The notes under the pieces: generated by a model
What the model was told of the DNA's origin: nothing
The model's database searches: none
The model's input: only the letters and a program-made list of their open reading frames with translations
Translations under genes and position numbers: made by a program
Shown: in pieces, positions 38,365 to 55,990 of the stretch
Numbering within the stretch: position 1 is the stretch's first letter
Layout of the letters: each line of letters begins with the position of its first letter
Assembly: GCA_002104945.1 (NCBI GenBank)
Contig: MCFH01000086.1
Location: 1-64,000, forward strand
DNA from: Piromyces finnis finn
Lineage: Eukaryota > Fungi > Neocallimastigomycota
Direction of reading: 5' to 3'
DNA: 64,000 nucleotides

Positions 38365-41300
38365 TTATTCTAGAAGATAAATTTAATTCAGTTATTAGTG
38401 TTAAATATTTTCAGACTTTCAATGATCACTTTTTCTTAGTCAAGGTTCATGGTTCATCAAAAGATTGTATTAAAATCTTACACATGTTAAAGAAGAAACT
38501 TTCAGTTACCTCAATTTCCTTTTCAGCTCGTAGTAGAAGGAATCACAAATACACTTTTTCCACTCTCAAACGTAAAATTTTAGTTTCTAATAAACATCAA
38601 CATTCTATTCAACAATCATTTCAACAATCAGTTCAACAATCTCATCAACAATCCGATCTTCAACAAGATCTTCAACAAGATCTTCAACAAGTTTCCCATC
38701 ATGAAAATATTCCAGATCTACAGCTAACACAATTTCAATCTCAACATTCAACAATTAATTCTAATAGTTCTATCAACTCAAATAACAGTTCAATAGTTGA
38801 TAGTTCTTCAGCTTCACAGCCATCTAGTAATAGTTCTACTTATTCCTCTGATGCATCATCCATTAATAACGATGACTTTAATAATAATAATAATAGCAAC
38901 GATTCTTCCTCATCCAACAAGCCTGATAACTTTTCTTTTTGTCTTAGTTGGAACACCAATGGGTGGAATCACGAAAAGAGAGATAGTATTAGCTATTTCA
39001 CAGCTATTTTCAAACCATTATTTTTATGTTTCCAAGAAACTGGTAATGGTTCTGGTTCGAATACAGATTATCCTTGTCGTGTTACTTTGCGAAACTATAG
39101 ACACTTTTTCAAGAAAGCTGACGAATCAGTTCCTGGAATGAGAGGTTTATATTTAGGTTTTCACAATTCGTGTCAAGCCTCACTTGAAAACTTCTCTGGA
39201 AAGTATATTATTTCTATTTATACTTTTAGTCTCTGGAATAGATTCAAATGCTCGATTGGAAATGTTTATATGCCTCATAGTCATCACAACATCTATGTTG
39301 ATCATGCAAAGTTAGAAGTTCGCTTGTGGTTACAAACTCATTCATCCCATCCATCGATTCTTGTTGGTGATTTTAATATGTCTAAAGTAAAATTATCCAA
39401 CTGGTTATCAACTAATGGATTAGGAGATTGGGAAATTCTTCCGCTTAGAGGATCTACTATCTCTTGGACTCGAGGTGATCAATCTTCCGACATTGACCAT
39501 GCTCTTATCAATTCGAAGATGAAAGATCTTATTCACTCAGGATCATTTATAAATAATTTTTATCCTGTATCAGACCATAAGCCTCTTCTTATTAATGGTA
39601 AAATTATTCCTATGGAAGATTTTTCTAATGACTTTAATGTTCCTAAGAAAATTCTGAAATGGAATAGATTAAAATGTATTGAGGAAAAGGAATCTATTCT
39701 CAGTCATAATAAATTCCAAATACTTTCAGCAAAATCCAACGATCCTAATGTTTCTACAGATGAACTTTCCAAAGAGTTTACTTCAACTGCTTTTTCAATT
39801 GCAGACGAGCTCAGTATTACCTCAGCAAATAATGTTATAAAGTCTTCATTTCATATTTCACAACAAATTTTTAATCTTCAAAAAATCAAAATGAAGTTGT
39901 ATAAGAGATTTAAAAAAGAAAGAATTTATGATATAGATGAATTTATTAAAAGAATTAAAATCTACCGTAAACTCATTGATTACATCCACAAAAGATGTAA
40001 TGAATTTAGGAAGCAAGAATATCTTCATTGGAGTAAAACAGGATGTGAGTATATGAAGAGTCATAATCCTAAGAAGGCCTGGAAATGGATCAAGAAAACT
40101 GCAAAAATTGGAAAAGATTCTTTCTTTATTGCTCAACCAATTAAAAATAAAAATGGAGAATTAGTTGTTGCTACAGAAGAACAACTTGAAGTGTGGCATG
40201 ATCATTTCGAAAACCTTGCATCAGATCCAAGTGGTGTAAGTCTTGATTTGGAGCATTGGTATGAAGAACCAATGAATAAACGTTTTTCACTTCCTATGCT
40301 TGATGAGTGGGATATCAACCAAGATATTAGTATTGATGAAGTCAAGTCAGCTATCCTCACTACTCCAAATTATAAAGCATCAGGTCCGGATGGTATTCCA
40401 ATTGAATTTTACAAAGCATTAATTCCATCAAGTAATGATTCTAATAATGCTACAGATAATAATTCTTCCGGTAATACTACTTCAGATAATGATGCTCATG
40501 GTTTAAATTTTATTCTTAAATTATTCAACCGTATTTGGGATGGAGACTTCCCCAACTCATGGAATGAATCCAGTATTGTTTCTATTCCTAAGAAGGGAGA
40601 TTTGACAGATTGTGATAACTATCGAGGTATATCACTTATCAATAATGGCATTAAGTTGATTTCCAAAATTGTCACCACTAGAATCTCAGAATATGGTCTA
40701 AAGAATAATTTCATTAGACCTGAACAATTTGGTTTTCGAAAAAAGGAAGAAAGTATCAGTCTTTTCATTTCAATCCAAGAAATATGCCGTAGACGTCAAT
40801 TAGATAATAAAGAGACATATTTGGCCTTTTTAGATCTCAGGAAAGCATACGATTCAGTCCCAATCGGTAATATTCTCCATAAATTAGATTGTTTAGGAAT
40901 CCGAGGTAAGAGTTTACAATTTATCAAAAATTTATATTTAACATCTAAGGCTAATGTCAAATTAGATGGACAATTCTCGAAATCTTTTGATGTGAAGAAA
41001 GGAGTCCGTCAAGGTTGCCCTCTTTCTCCTATTCTCTTTAATCTCTTTATTAATGATATATTTAAAGAGTGTGAAGATCTCGGAGTCAGTTTAGGTGACA
41101 CTCGATGCTGTGGTGGACTTTTTACAGATGATATAGTTATTTGTGCTCCAACAAGAGGATGCTTAAAAAAGATGCTTAGAAGAGTTAATGAATGGGCATT
41201 GTATAATGAAATGGAATTTGGTATCCAGAAATGTTCAACGATGGTGATTCGTCCTGAATCAATAGAAAATCAGAACAAGAGAGGTCCAACATTTTACTTA

Positions 41301-43011
41301 GCAGGACAACCCATTCCAACTACTGACTGCTACACTTATCTTGGTGTTCAATTTGATAAGAATCTGTCCCTTAAACCAGTTATTAAAGCTCTTAATAACA
41401 AGGTTTTGAAAGGGCTTTTCTCAGTCAGTAAATTCTTAAGAAATCCTAATATTCCTATTCCTTTCAAAAAACTAGTACTTAACTCTCAAGTGATTAGCAG
41501 AGTTTCATACTTTGCACCATTACTTGGATCCAACAAAGCTAGGTCTAGGATTGCTCAGAAGCATGTTAACAAAGGAATACGATGGGTTGCCGGAGTTCAT
41601 AAAGCTGTATCGTTTATATCTTTATACTCTATTTCAAAAGATTTGAATATTCCTCCATTGTCAGCCAAATGTGGGTTAGCTCAGGTTAGATGTTTTAACA
41701 AATGGAAAAACTCAAATTGTATTATCTCATACCTTGTCAATTACATTCCTAAATTTAGAAAATACACGTGGTGCAAATCAAGTAGGACACTTGATAAAAA
41801 ACTAAAGAAACATGGAGATGTTAAAGCAGTTAAAAACTTTTATTGGAAAGATCTCAAAGGGAATTCAATCAAAGCGCAATATTATGATGATAATAAATTT
41901 ATTGAAACTAAAGATTTTATTAAATTATGTTATGAGTACCCAGAGTTTGCCTATGGCTTCTACTGGCTATTGAAAGCAAGAAGCGGATACAAATTGGATG
42001 CTAGAGTTGCCAAAGCTGCTAAGTTTGTTAATCCAATTTGTCCTAACTACTGTCCATGTTGCAAGTGTGGTGTTCAAAGTATTAAACATTGGTTATTAGA
42101 TTGTCCAACATTTAGAGATATCCGTATTAAACATTATGATTCTATAGTCCATCTATTAAATTTTTTCATTCAACGTAATTCCAATAGTCCTATCAATAAT
42201 AATGAAATTGATAGTATCAGCAGAGATAGCAATAACAGTAATAATAATAATAATAACAATAGTAATAATAACAATAGTAATAGTAACAATAGTAATAATA
42301 ACAATAGTAATAGTAACAATAGTAATAATAACAATAGTAGTAATAGAAATAATAATATTAGTAATGATAGCAATAGTGATGATAATAATTCTAATTTAGA
42401 TAGTAATTTAGTTAATGATAGTAATAGTTCTAATAATCCGGTGAATATTAATGTGTATGATTATTCTAGTGTGTGCAGTAAAATATTTAAATTCCTTCTT
42501 GGGGAAGAAGTTTTAACAATATCAATTACAATTCAAGGGAATGGAAAGAACTTTGCAAGTGTCAGATTCAATCTGGTACTAACGAAGGAACACCATTCTT
42601 GACGGTAACCGCGGAACTTTTAACCAAAATCATGCCTTTTGCTATTGGCCAGCAATGGTCAATGTTCAAAAGGTTTGAAGCAACATTCAAGAGCGTAAAT
42701 GCTGAAGAAACATTAAGACAAGCCAGGAGGGCCAGCGCAACCAATGGAGATCATAATTTTGTTCCATGACAAAATTTTGATCTTTGGCTCGGTGTCCCAT
42801 TGGAAGTCAAATACAATTATTATACCTTAGTATAATAGTGGCTTTCTTACTTTTATTAAAATTACTAGAATACATTATACCCAATTTTTATTCATTTGTG
42901 TTTATTTAAACATATTTTTTTTATTTTTTTATTTTTTTTTTATAACATGTATTATAATTTTATTTAAATTAATAATAAAGTTTAAAAATATTTGATACCA
43001 TTAAAAAAAAA
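38363..43011 (+). mobile_element. Copy E: 5'-truncated, more diverged, short A9 tail
   Basis: Begins at ggttattctagaag (about codon 47-48 of the ORF) right after the copy D poly(A). FTDD instead of FADD (41124-41126), a G-run one base short at 42501-42504, a different Asn-repeat array, and 3' end tttgataccatt-A9. Confidence 0.92.
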
Positions 43012-43634
43012 CATGGCTATTCATATTGCGGATATGATGAACAATCCTTTTATCATTAGATATTGGAATGTTCTGCATTCTTTGAATACAGAAATTTCTC
43101 ACTTAGCTTTTTTAACAATTTTTTTTTTTTACTCTTTTTCACAATGAATATAATAATCAATTTATCACTTTCTTCTTGAAATAGAAGTAAGATAACCTAT
43201 TTATAACTATTTTATTACATTTTTTCTTGGTGGAACTTTAGATTATGAAGAGTTACAAATCGATTAGGCAGAACAAAGAAATCTGAATGAACAGCTTACA
43301 ATTCATCGGTGTTTCGTGTTTAATATATAGAGAGTTTTGCGGTTTTTCTTTTCAAAACATTTTCACTATTAGTATCTCTATGTAACTTCTTTTTTTAGGT
43401 TTAATAAGATACTTAATGTAATCAATAACGCTTATTTCATACCGATATGTTAAAAGAACATTCTAATGCTAGTATTTCTTCGAATGAAAGCATCATGAAC
43501 TCGTGGGAGAGTTTAGTGGACACCTCACTATCATACCTAATATTATTTCCCTTTTTTATTTTTATAATAATAAAAGGTAATAATATATGTAATATTATTA
43601 TCGAAAGATAACTTTTAATAGTATAAATATAACT

Positions 43635-43760
<126 letters not shown>

Positions 43761-44015
43761 AAAATAATAACTTTGTAAATACTTTAATAAAATTTGTAAG
43801 GAGTTAATTTTATTACTTATTACTTATATTTATTTTTAATAAACTGAACTAATTGTGTTAAAAGTAATAAAAACATTGCGATTTAAATAAGTAATTAAAT
43901 TTATAGTGCATCTTGTGAAGATTATTTTTTTTTTATAAAAAAAAAAGGATTACAATAAATAAATCTATATGAAACTTTTTTTTTTTTTTTATTTTTAGTA
44001 TGATGATAATCAATA

Positions 44016-47437
<3,422 letters not shown>

Positions 47438-48295
47438 TTTTAAAATTTTATAACTCGTTATATATATTAGTAAAAAAAAGTAATAATGCAAAAAAGGATT
47501 TCTAAAATATAAATTAAAAATTGAGCTTTTATAGTAATTTTAATTTTATTAACAAATTTTGTATTAACTTATTAACTAAATATTTAATATTATAATTTAT
47601 ACATATTTACATAAATTATGAAACAATTGAATTTTTTTTTTTTTTGAATTCTTTTTTTTCTGAAAATATTGATTATAAAAAAGTATCAATTACAGTAAAG
47701 CTTTAATTTCAAATTGTCTTATGTATTCTAATTATTTTATTTTAAGTGTTAAATCCAAGAAAAAAAAAAAACTAATAATATATTAAAATTGTTTTTTTTT
47801 TTTTTTTTTTTTTTTTAAATATTTTTAAAATATTTTTGATATAATTAAAATTTTTAAAAATTTCAATTACTAGATCAAAAATTCAAATGTATAATTTAAA
47901 AGTGTAGATTAACCAATCAAAAAATTATATAATAAATAGGAAGATAATTGCAAAAATTATTTTTATAGAATTTCTAAATTATAATTTTTAAAAAAAAATT
48001 TTTTTAATATATAATTAATTTTATTCTTTCTTAATAAAAATATAAATTAAATTAAAATAAATAAATAAATAAATAAATAAATATAAATATAAATATATGA
48101 GAATTTTTATTTTTTGTCCTAAATATCGATTTTTTTTTTTTTGACAGCTTTTGTTTCATTATTAAAAAAAAAGTATTAATTATTAATAAACTTAATATAT
48201 GCCCTTTTTAATTAATTAGTCAATTATAACAGTCTATTTATATATAAAAAAGTCTTTCTTCCTTTAATAATAAATATTACAATAAAATTTATTTC

Positions 48296-48493
48296 CTAGT
48301 TATAATTGGTATTCGATGTTTGAATATGATTTTTAATGGAATCTTTTGATTGCTGAGAGTGAATAATATATTTTTGTTGATCTGTGGTAGAAGTAGTAGA
48401 AGTTGAAGATTGTGAACTATTAAAATGGCTATTTATATTATTTTCTATTAAATTTACAAAAGGATTTTTACTTGAATATATATTATTCATTGA

Positions 48494-48526
<33 letters not shown>

Positions 48527-50569
48527 TGAATTTAAAGTATGAATAGAATGATTACTTGTTTTATTTGTTATTTCTTGATTTTCTTTGATTTTCAATACAG
48601 GTGTTATGTTTACCAGATCTTTATTATAATTAGAATATGAGTCAGCAATACCTTTTGATCCCCCATTTTGACATTTATATTCATGTATTGAATCATATGA
48701 AGTTGGGTTTGTTGAATATTTAATTGGGGTATAATCATTATGATAATAATGGTTTGCATCTTTTATGATTTTTAAATATTTTTGTTTTTCAACTTGGTCA
48801 TCAATAAAATCTTCATCTGAACTAATAGAACCAAATGTTGATGCAACGATTTCACTAATAGGTACTTGTGGTATTTGTGGCAATATATATGACAATTCTT
48901 TATTACTTTCCTTATTATCTGGTTTTTGATAGTAATCTGAGTATTTTAATTTTGTGTCGTTATTATTATTATTATTACTAATATTATTCATATTTCTAGT
49001 TAACGAATGAATTGGTTTATAAACTTCATTATTGTTATATTGATAATCAAACTGCTTCTTTTTTTCATTTGGTACAAGTTGATCATTTTTATTAACAAGA
49101 TCTTTATGTATTACTTTATTTATACCTTGTCCTAAATAATTCTCAGAGTTAAAATAATTTTCATTTTGGTATTCATTTTCATTAATTGACAAATTTTCTT
49201 CTTCATTATTATTTTCAAAGTTTCCATCAAAAGAACTTGATAATTTTTTTCTTGAATCATATAATTTATTTTTTAGTGTATTGTTATCATAGAGAGTTGA
49301 AGCTACTGAAGATAATTCATTAGCGTCTGAATAATAATTATTTGAATTAATTGATGATTCATCATTTATTTCCATATTGATTTTCGTTGAAACCACTGAG
49401 CCAACAGAATTTACTGTATTTTTACTATTCTTTTTATGTAAATTGCGTACAAGCGTTTTTTCTGGATCAATTATTGAATTATATTTAGAAATCGAAAACT
49501 TACTTTTTTTATGCTTAAGTTTTTTATTTTTATTTATTGTAATTTTTTCATTTTCATTATCATTTTGAAAATAATTATACTCTAATTTATTAGATAAATC
49601 AATTTCATCAATCTTAAAGTTTCCTTTCAAATTATTAATTTTTGAATGGTCAAGTATATCATTACTATTATTATTATTTACAGTTGTTGTTGAAATACGA
49701 TCGAAAATACCAAAGGATAACATATTTAATATAGAACGCTTTGGTTTATTGTTATTTTTACTAATATTAATATCACTTGATTGAAAGCTCTTTGAATAAT
49801 AATCTATTTTTGTATTCATAAATTTATCATCTTTATAATCAAAATATCTGTTATTATTGAAATTATTTACATAATCACCATCACATTTCATAATACCATT
49901 ATCTTCATCATTATCACCACAAATATCATTTTCATTAGCTTTTTTAATTTTTTCTTCAATTTTAAGTTCTTCATTCTTTTTCTTTTTACCATAGAGTAAA
50001 AGACCTACACAACCCAAAACTATTACACTTGTAATTATTCCTAGTCCTATTCCAATATACCAATACTTTGACTTTTTTTTATGATTACCTCTTATATTCT
50101 TCATATAATTACCTGTTGTTTTACCTAAATCTGTACAAGTGAAATTGACACATTGAATATATGGTAACTCTACTTCATCAGTTGCTAGACAATCTGAACG
50201 AATTTTACAAGGATAACCCATTGGTCTGTAGGAAATACAAACTTTGTTGTAACTACTTTGTGATAATGTTTCTGGTTTATTTTCATCAATTTCTACTAAT
50301 TGTGTTCCATCATATATAATTACATCGTCATTGCCATTTTCTTGTCTTCGATATTTATTACTGCTATCACTTAATTCTGAATTTTTACTATATATTGGGG
50401 TACTACAAAATATTGCATTTTTATCCCAAGATGGTGGGCAGTCATTATCAGTTGTACAAGAATTCATAAGTGTCATAGAATTTGCATAAGAAATTAAGAC
50501 TAGTAGAAAAATTAATAAAAAGATCTTTCCACTGCTATTTGTTGAATTTATTGACTTTTTAAAATACAT
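48296..50569 (-). CDS. Type I membrane protein, 757 aa: signal peptide, small Cys-rich ectodomain, TM helix, long Asn-rich cytoplasmic tail
   Basis: Intronless ORF. Hydrophobic IFLLIFLLVLISYANS; Cys-rich segment SCTTDNDCP..FC..VC..PC..SDC..QCVNFTC; TM YWYIGIGLGIITSVIVLGCVGLLLYG followed by KKKK. Confidence 0.75.
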
Positions 50570-53123
50570 TTTTACTATAATATAATAATATATTTTTATT
50601 TATTTTAAATTGAAAACGGATTATTATACTATAAATGTCTTTTATTATAATAATTTTAAAAATTAATAATTAAATAATTAATTTGATACTATTCTGTTAA
50701 ATATTATAATTATTGCTTTGTACTATATATATATTATAAAAACGATGTTATTTTTTATAACCTTTAAAATTATATGCTAAATAATTTAAACATGATACAT
50801 AATAAAATGAATTATATTATTTAAAAATATATTATTTAATATTAAAAAAAAAAATAAATAATTGTTGCTTTTGATTATACTTAATTTTATAGTATATAGT
50901 AATATTTTCTCATTTTTATTATACTTTTAATTAATCAATATTGATTGAATTGGTATATAAATATTGATTAATATGTATAATGAAATTAGTTTATAATTAA
51001 AATATTTTCAATTTCTTTAAATTTTTACTTATTTATTATTATTTCCTGAAAAAAGAAGTTAAAAAAAAAAAAAATCCATTTAATTTAAAACCAAAAAAAA
51101 ATATATTATTTTCAATAAATTATTGATTTTAATATATAATTTTTGAAAATAATTGATTATTTATATTTGATATTGAATAAAAGGAGTAAATATTTAATAA
51201 AATTTTAAATTTGAATCAAAATTATATGTACTAAAAAATATAATATATTTGTTTAAATCAACTATATATTATTCAATATATTTTAATATATTTAAATAAT
51301 AAAAACAAGGTATTTAGCCTCCAAAAGTAAATTAATTATAACTCAATAATTTGTATTTTTTTTTATTCTTTTTTAACATTTATAATGATATTATAAATAT
51401 AAATATTATTTATTTATATTTTTAATTTGAAATCATCAATTTATAATTTATAATAGAACATAAAATATTCATGTTTTTTTTTAATTGAATAAATAATATA
51501 ATTATATATATATTAATATTAAGTTTCTTCATAAAATTGTAAAAAAGGTTAAAACCATTTTTTATATTAAAATAAAAATATTTATAATTAGATTATTTTC
51601 TAATATAAGTTTCATCAAACATTTATAAATACTATATATTATATTGATTTATTTATCATATATTCATTAAAAAATAATGTAACTTTTAAAGATTGTTAAT
51701 TTGTTAAATAACAAATATATAGTAAAAGTTTATATTTTTAAAAAAAAATTATATTGACTAATTTAGTTGATAAATAAATTAAAAATAAATTAATTTGTAG
51801 AATTTCAAATTTTAATTTATATATTTACAATATTTACAAATAAAAAGATATGTAACACAATTGAATAGTAGGATTGAAATTTCATTGAAATTTCACCTAC
51901 TTCTAATCAGTTTATTTATTTTAAAAAAAATATATATATATAATTTTGATATTACTTTTCATTTTTATTTCATCAATCAACTATATATATTATTTATTTT
52001 ATTATTTATTTAAATAGTAAATGAAAGTGCATAGAAAAAAATCATTATAAAAAAAAATTCATTTTGTGAAGTAAAAACTTCTTTACAATTTATAATTTTT
52101 TTATATTAATAAAATTTAAATCAAACTCTAATTAATGAAGTTTTTGGTAGCTATAATACTTATTGTATATTGATTTTGATGTATTTTGTTATTACTATTT
52201 TATAAGTTAATCAGATATTTTTCACTTTCTAATGTCTGATTATTATTGATATCTCATGTACATGCATATCTTCTCATATAATAGGCATTTGATAATGAAA
52301 AAAAGTATTAATAATACGTTTGAAATAAAAAATATATAAAACACAATCGAATGTCATGTGTAAGCATAAATTTTTAACATTAAATTTATGTTTAGTATAA
52401 ATAGTATTATTATAAATAATATTTCATATACATAAATATATACTAAACATGTGAACAAAAATTAATTATGTGACTTTTATATAATTTATATGATAATAAG
52501 AAAATATTTATTCTTTAATTTAATATTTTGTTCTTTATTATTCTTTTTTATATTATGAATCATGATTGGCCGTATATGAAAAACTGTTTTTAATTAATAT
52601 TAATTAGTATTAACCAATGACTATTGAAAAAATTCGTACATTATTTAATTTTAACTACATAATTTAATTATGTAGTTAATCATATGTGTGATTAGTAATA
52701 TATATAATCAATGTATTATACATAAATCTATGTTTTTTATATCAATTATATAGTTTAATTTAGTTTATAAATATTTTTCTATTAAAAAATTATTAAATAG
52801 AAAATATAAAAAATATTATTATACATATAATTAATATTTTAATTTCATATTCTTTATTTTTTTTTTTTCAAATTACAGTAGAATTGTTAAAAAAAAAATA
52901 ATTAAATAATTTATTTATTATATTTCTAAATAAATTATTTTTTAATAGAATTTTATAAAGAATATTCTTCTTATATTTAAAATAATTATATAATTTCCAA
53001 TATTTATTACTATTTTAAAATATATAACAGATAAGAATGTAAGATTAATCAATTGTGTATAAACCATTAAAACACTAAAATATATTGTAAAAATATGTTA
53101 TGCATATTCATTGAATTTTTTAA

Positions 53124-53156
<33 letters not shown>

Positions 53157-53561
53157 AAATAAATGTTTTTAAAGATTGATTAGAAATAATAATAAAAAAA
53201 GGAGAAAACAAATATATGCTATTATTATAAAACTTAAAATTAAATTAAATTAACTATTATATAATAAAAGAATTTTAAATGAAAATTGTATTTGAATACT
53301 ATATTTTATTTAATGTAATACTAAAGTATTTTTATAGAACAGTAATAATCTATTATAGTTTAAATTACATTTTGATTAAAGTAGAAACAATTAAATTTTA
53401 CAAGATTAATACTACTAATAAGAAATTAATTGTAAAACAGCAGTAACAACAACAAAAACTATTAGATAATTGCTAATAAAAATATTTATAATAATAAATA
53501 TAAATAAAAGATTTTTTTTTAAGGATAATATTAATTTTATAAATATTTTTTTAAATTAAAA

Positions 53562-55990
53562 ATGAAAAATAGGGCTTCATCTGCTGTTAAATTAATTAAT
53601 CCAAATTCTGAAGTTGCTAGAAGAGGACAAGCTTTACAAATTAATATATCTGCTGCTTTAGGTCTTCAAGATGTTTTAAAAACAAATTTAGGTCCAAAGG
53701 GTACTATTAAGATGTAAGTAAAATAAATTCATTATTTTTTTTTTTTTTATATAATTAAAAGTTGGAAATTAATTATAATTCTGAAACAAAAGGTTAGTTG
53801 GTGGTGCTGGTGATATTAAGTTAACCAAGGATGGAAAAGTTTTACTTCATGAAATGGTAAGTGTTGTAGAAGTAATTTTATAGTTTGAAATGAATTTTAA
53901 AAATTAAAATAATTGAATTATATGGTAAATATTTTTATATTAGCAAATTCAAAATCCAACTGCTGCTATGATTGCTAGAGCTGCTACTGCTCAAGATGAC
54001 ATTACAGGTGATGGTACTACTTCTAATGTTTTAATTGTTGGTGAATTACTTAAACAAGCTGAACATTTCATATCTGAAGGTTTACATCCAAGAATTATCA
54101 CAGAAGGTTTTGATCTTGCCAAAAAAGAAGCATTAAATGTAAGTTTAATAATTTTTTGTAACTAATAATAAATGGTATTTTAAAATTTTTGTTATAAATA
54201 ATATAATTAATTTAAATAATAAAACAAACAATCTTAAATATATAATTGTAAATTTATAATTCAAATATAAATTATAAATTTCATTAAAAAAATAAAACGA
54301 AAAACAAACAAACAAAAAAATTAGTTCTTAGATAAATTTAAAATTGAAAAGGAAATGGATCGTGAAACTTTATTAAATGTTGCTCGTGCTTCATTACGTA
54401 CTAAAGTTCGTCAAGAATTAGCTGATGCTCTTACTGAAGCTGTTGTTGATGCTGTTTTAAGTATTTATAAACCAGGTAAACCAATTGATCTTCATATGGT
54501 AGAAATCATGAAGATGATGAATAAGAATGATACAGATACTAGACTTGTTAAAGGTTTAGTTTTAGATCACGGTGCACGTCATCCAGATATGCCAAAGAAG
54601 GTTAAAGATGCTTATATTTTAACTTTAAATGTCTCATTAGAATACGAAAAGAGGTAAAGTAAATTGTAAAATATAAAATATTATATGAATTCAAATACAT
54701 TACAAAATGCAGATTTAATCAATAAAGTAATCATAACAATAATTTCAACTAAAAATAGTAATAAAAACAAAGAAAATAATAACAATAATTGCATAAAAAA
54801 ATACTAACAATAGTTATAAAAGCAATATCACTATTATATATTAAAGAAATGAATTTTTAATAACAATACCATATTATTTATAAGTTTATCTAATAATAAA
54901 AATCAATTTTAAATAATTATTTTAGTGAAATTAATTCAGGTTTCTTCTATAGTAGTGCTGAACAACGTGAAAAACTTGTTGAATCTGAACGTAAGTTTGT
55001 TGATGCCAAAATTGCTAAGATTGTTGAATTTAAAAAGAGTGTTTGTGATGGTACCGATAAGGGATTTGTTATCATTAATCAAAAGGGTATTGATCCATTA
55101 TCTTTGGATATTTTAGCTAAAAACAATATTTTAGCTCTTCGTCGTGCAAAGAGAAGAAACATGGAAAGATTACAACTTTGTTGTGGTGGTGTTGCTCAAA
55201 ATTCAGTTGATGATTTAACACCAGATATCCTTGGTCATGCTGGATTAGCTTATGAATATGTTTTAGGTGAAGATAAGTTCACCTTCGTTGAAGAAGTCGA
55301 AAACCCAGCTTCAGTTACTATTCTTATTCGTGGTCCAAATGCTCATACTATTACTCAAATTAATGATGCTATTCGTGATGGTTTAAGATCCGTTAAGAAT
55401 GCTATTGAAGATAAATGCCTTGTCCCAGGAGCTGGTGCATTCCAAATCGCTTTACATGATCATCTTATGAAATATATGAAGACAATTAAGGGTCGTTCTA
55501 AAATGGGTGTTCAAGCTTATGCTGAAGCTATGCTTATTATTCCAAAGGTTTTAACTCAAAATGCAGGTTTTGATTCTCAAGATATGATTGTCCAATTACA
55601 AGAAGAATATGCTGATGGTCACATTGTTGGTGCTGATTTAGAAACTGGTGAACCATTTGATCCTATTGCTGAAGGTATATGGGATGGTTATCGTGTATTA
55701 AGAAATATGATTCATTCTTTCTCTGTTATTGCCAGTAATTTATTATTAGTAGATGAAATGTTAAGAGGTAATTGATTATTATAATATATATATGTATATT
55801 TAAGAAATATAGCAACTAAACATTTATTATTATTATTATTATTATTAACAATCTATAAAATAGCTGGTAGAAGTTGTAAGTAATCATTAAGTATTTTAAT
55901 AGTATTTTTATCATATGTAATATTTTCATGTATTAATATTTTTAAATTTATAAAAATATAGCATTAAAGTCACCAGGCCTTCCTCAATAA
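53562..55990 (+). CDS. CCT6: Chaperonin CCT/TRiC zeta subunit, multi-exon
   Basis: [89 protein letters not shown]-terminal exons 55864-55875 and 55962-55990 give [18 protein letters not shown]. The exact start codon is uncertain. Confidence 0.93.

Larger units (their letters stand above)
20414..43011 (+). mobile_element. Nested, co-oriented stack of one non-LTR retrotransposon family (4 near-complete copies plus 4 fragments)
   Basis: Repeated near-identical APE-RT ORFs, six poly(A)-tailed 3' ends (tttgatgccgtt-An or tttgataccatt-An) and internal TSDs. See the individual features. Confidence 0.95.

Noticed and set aside
42170-42399. Poly-Leu and poly-Ile ORFs
   Set aside because: Other frames of the Asn-rich repeat in copy E.
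20414-43011. LTR retrotransposon, telomeric retroelement array, CRISPR-like array or simple segmental duplication
   Set aside because: No LTRs, integrase or gag. The array is interstitial between genes with no telomere repeats. There is no repeat-spacer structure. Individual poly(A) tails and TSDs indicate separate retrotransposition events.
50600-53550. AT-rich divergent intergenic region
   Set aside because: Nothing supportable. A possible split start codon for CCT6 (AT|gttatg near 53097) was noted but cannot be confirmed.
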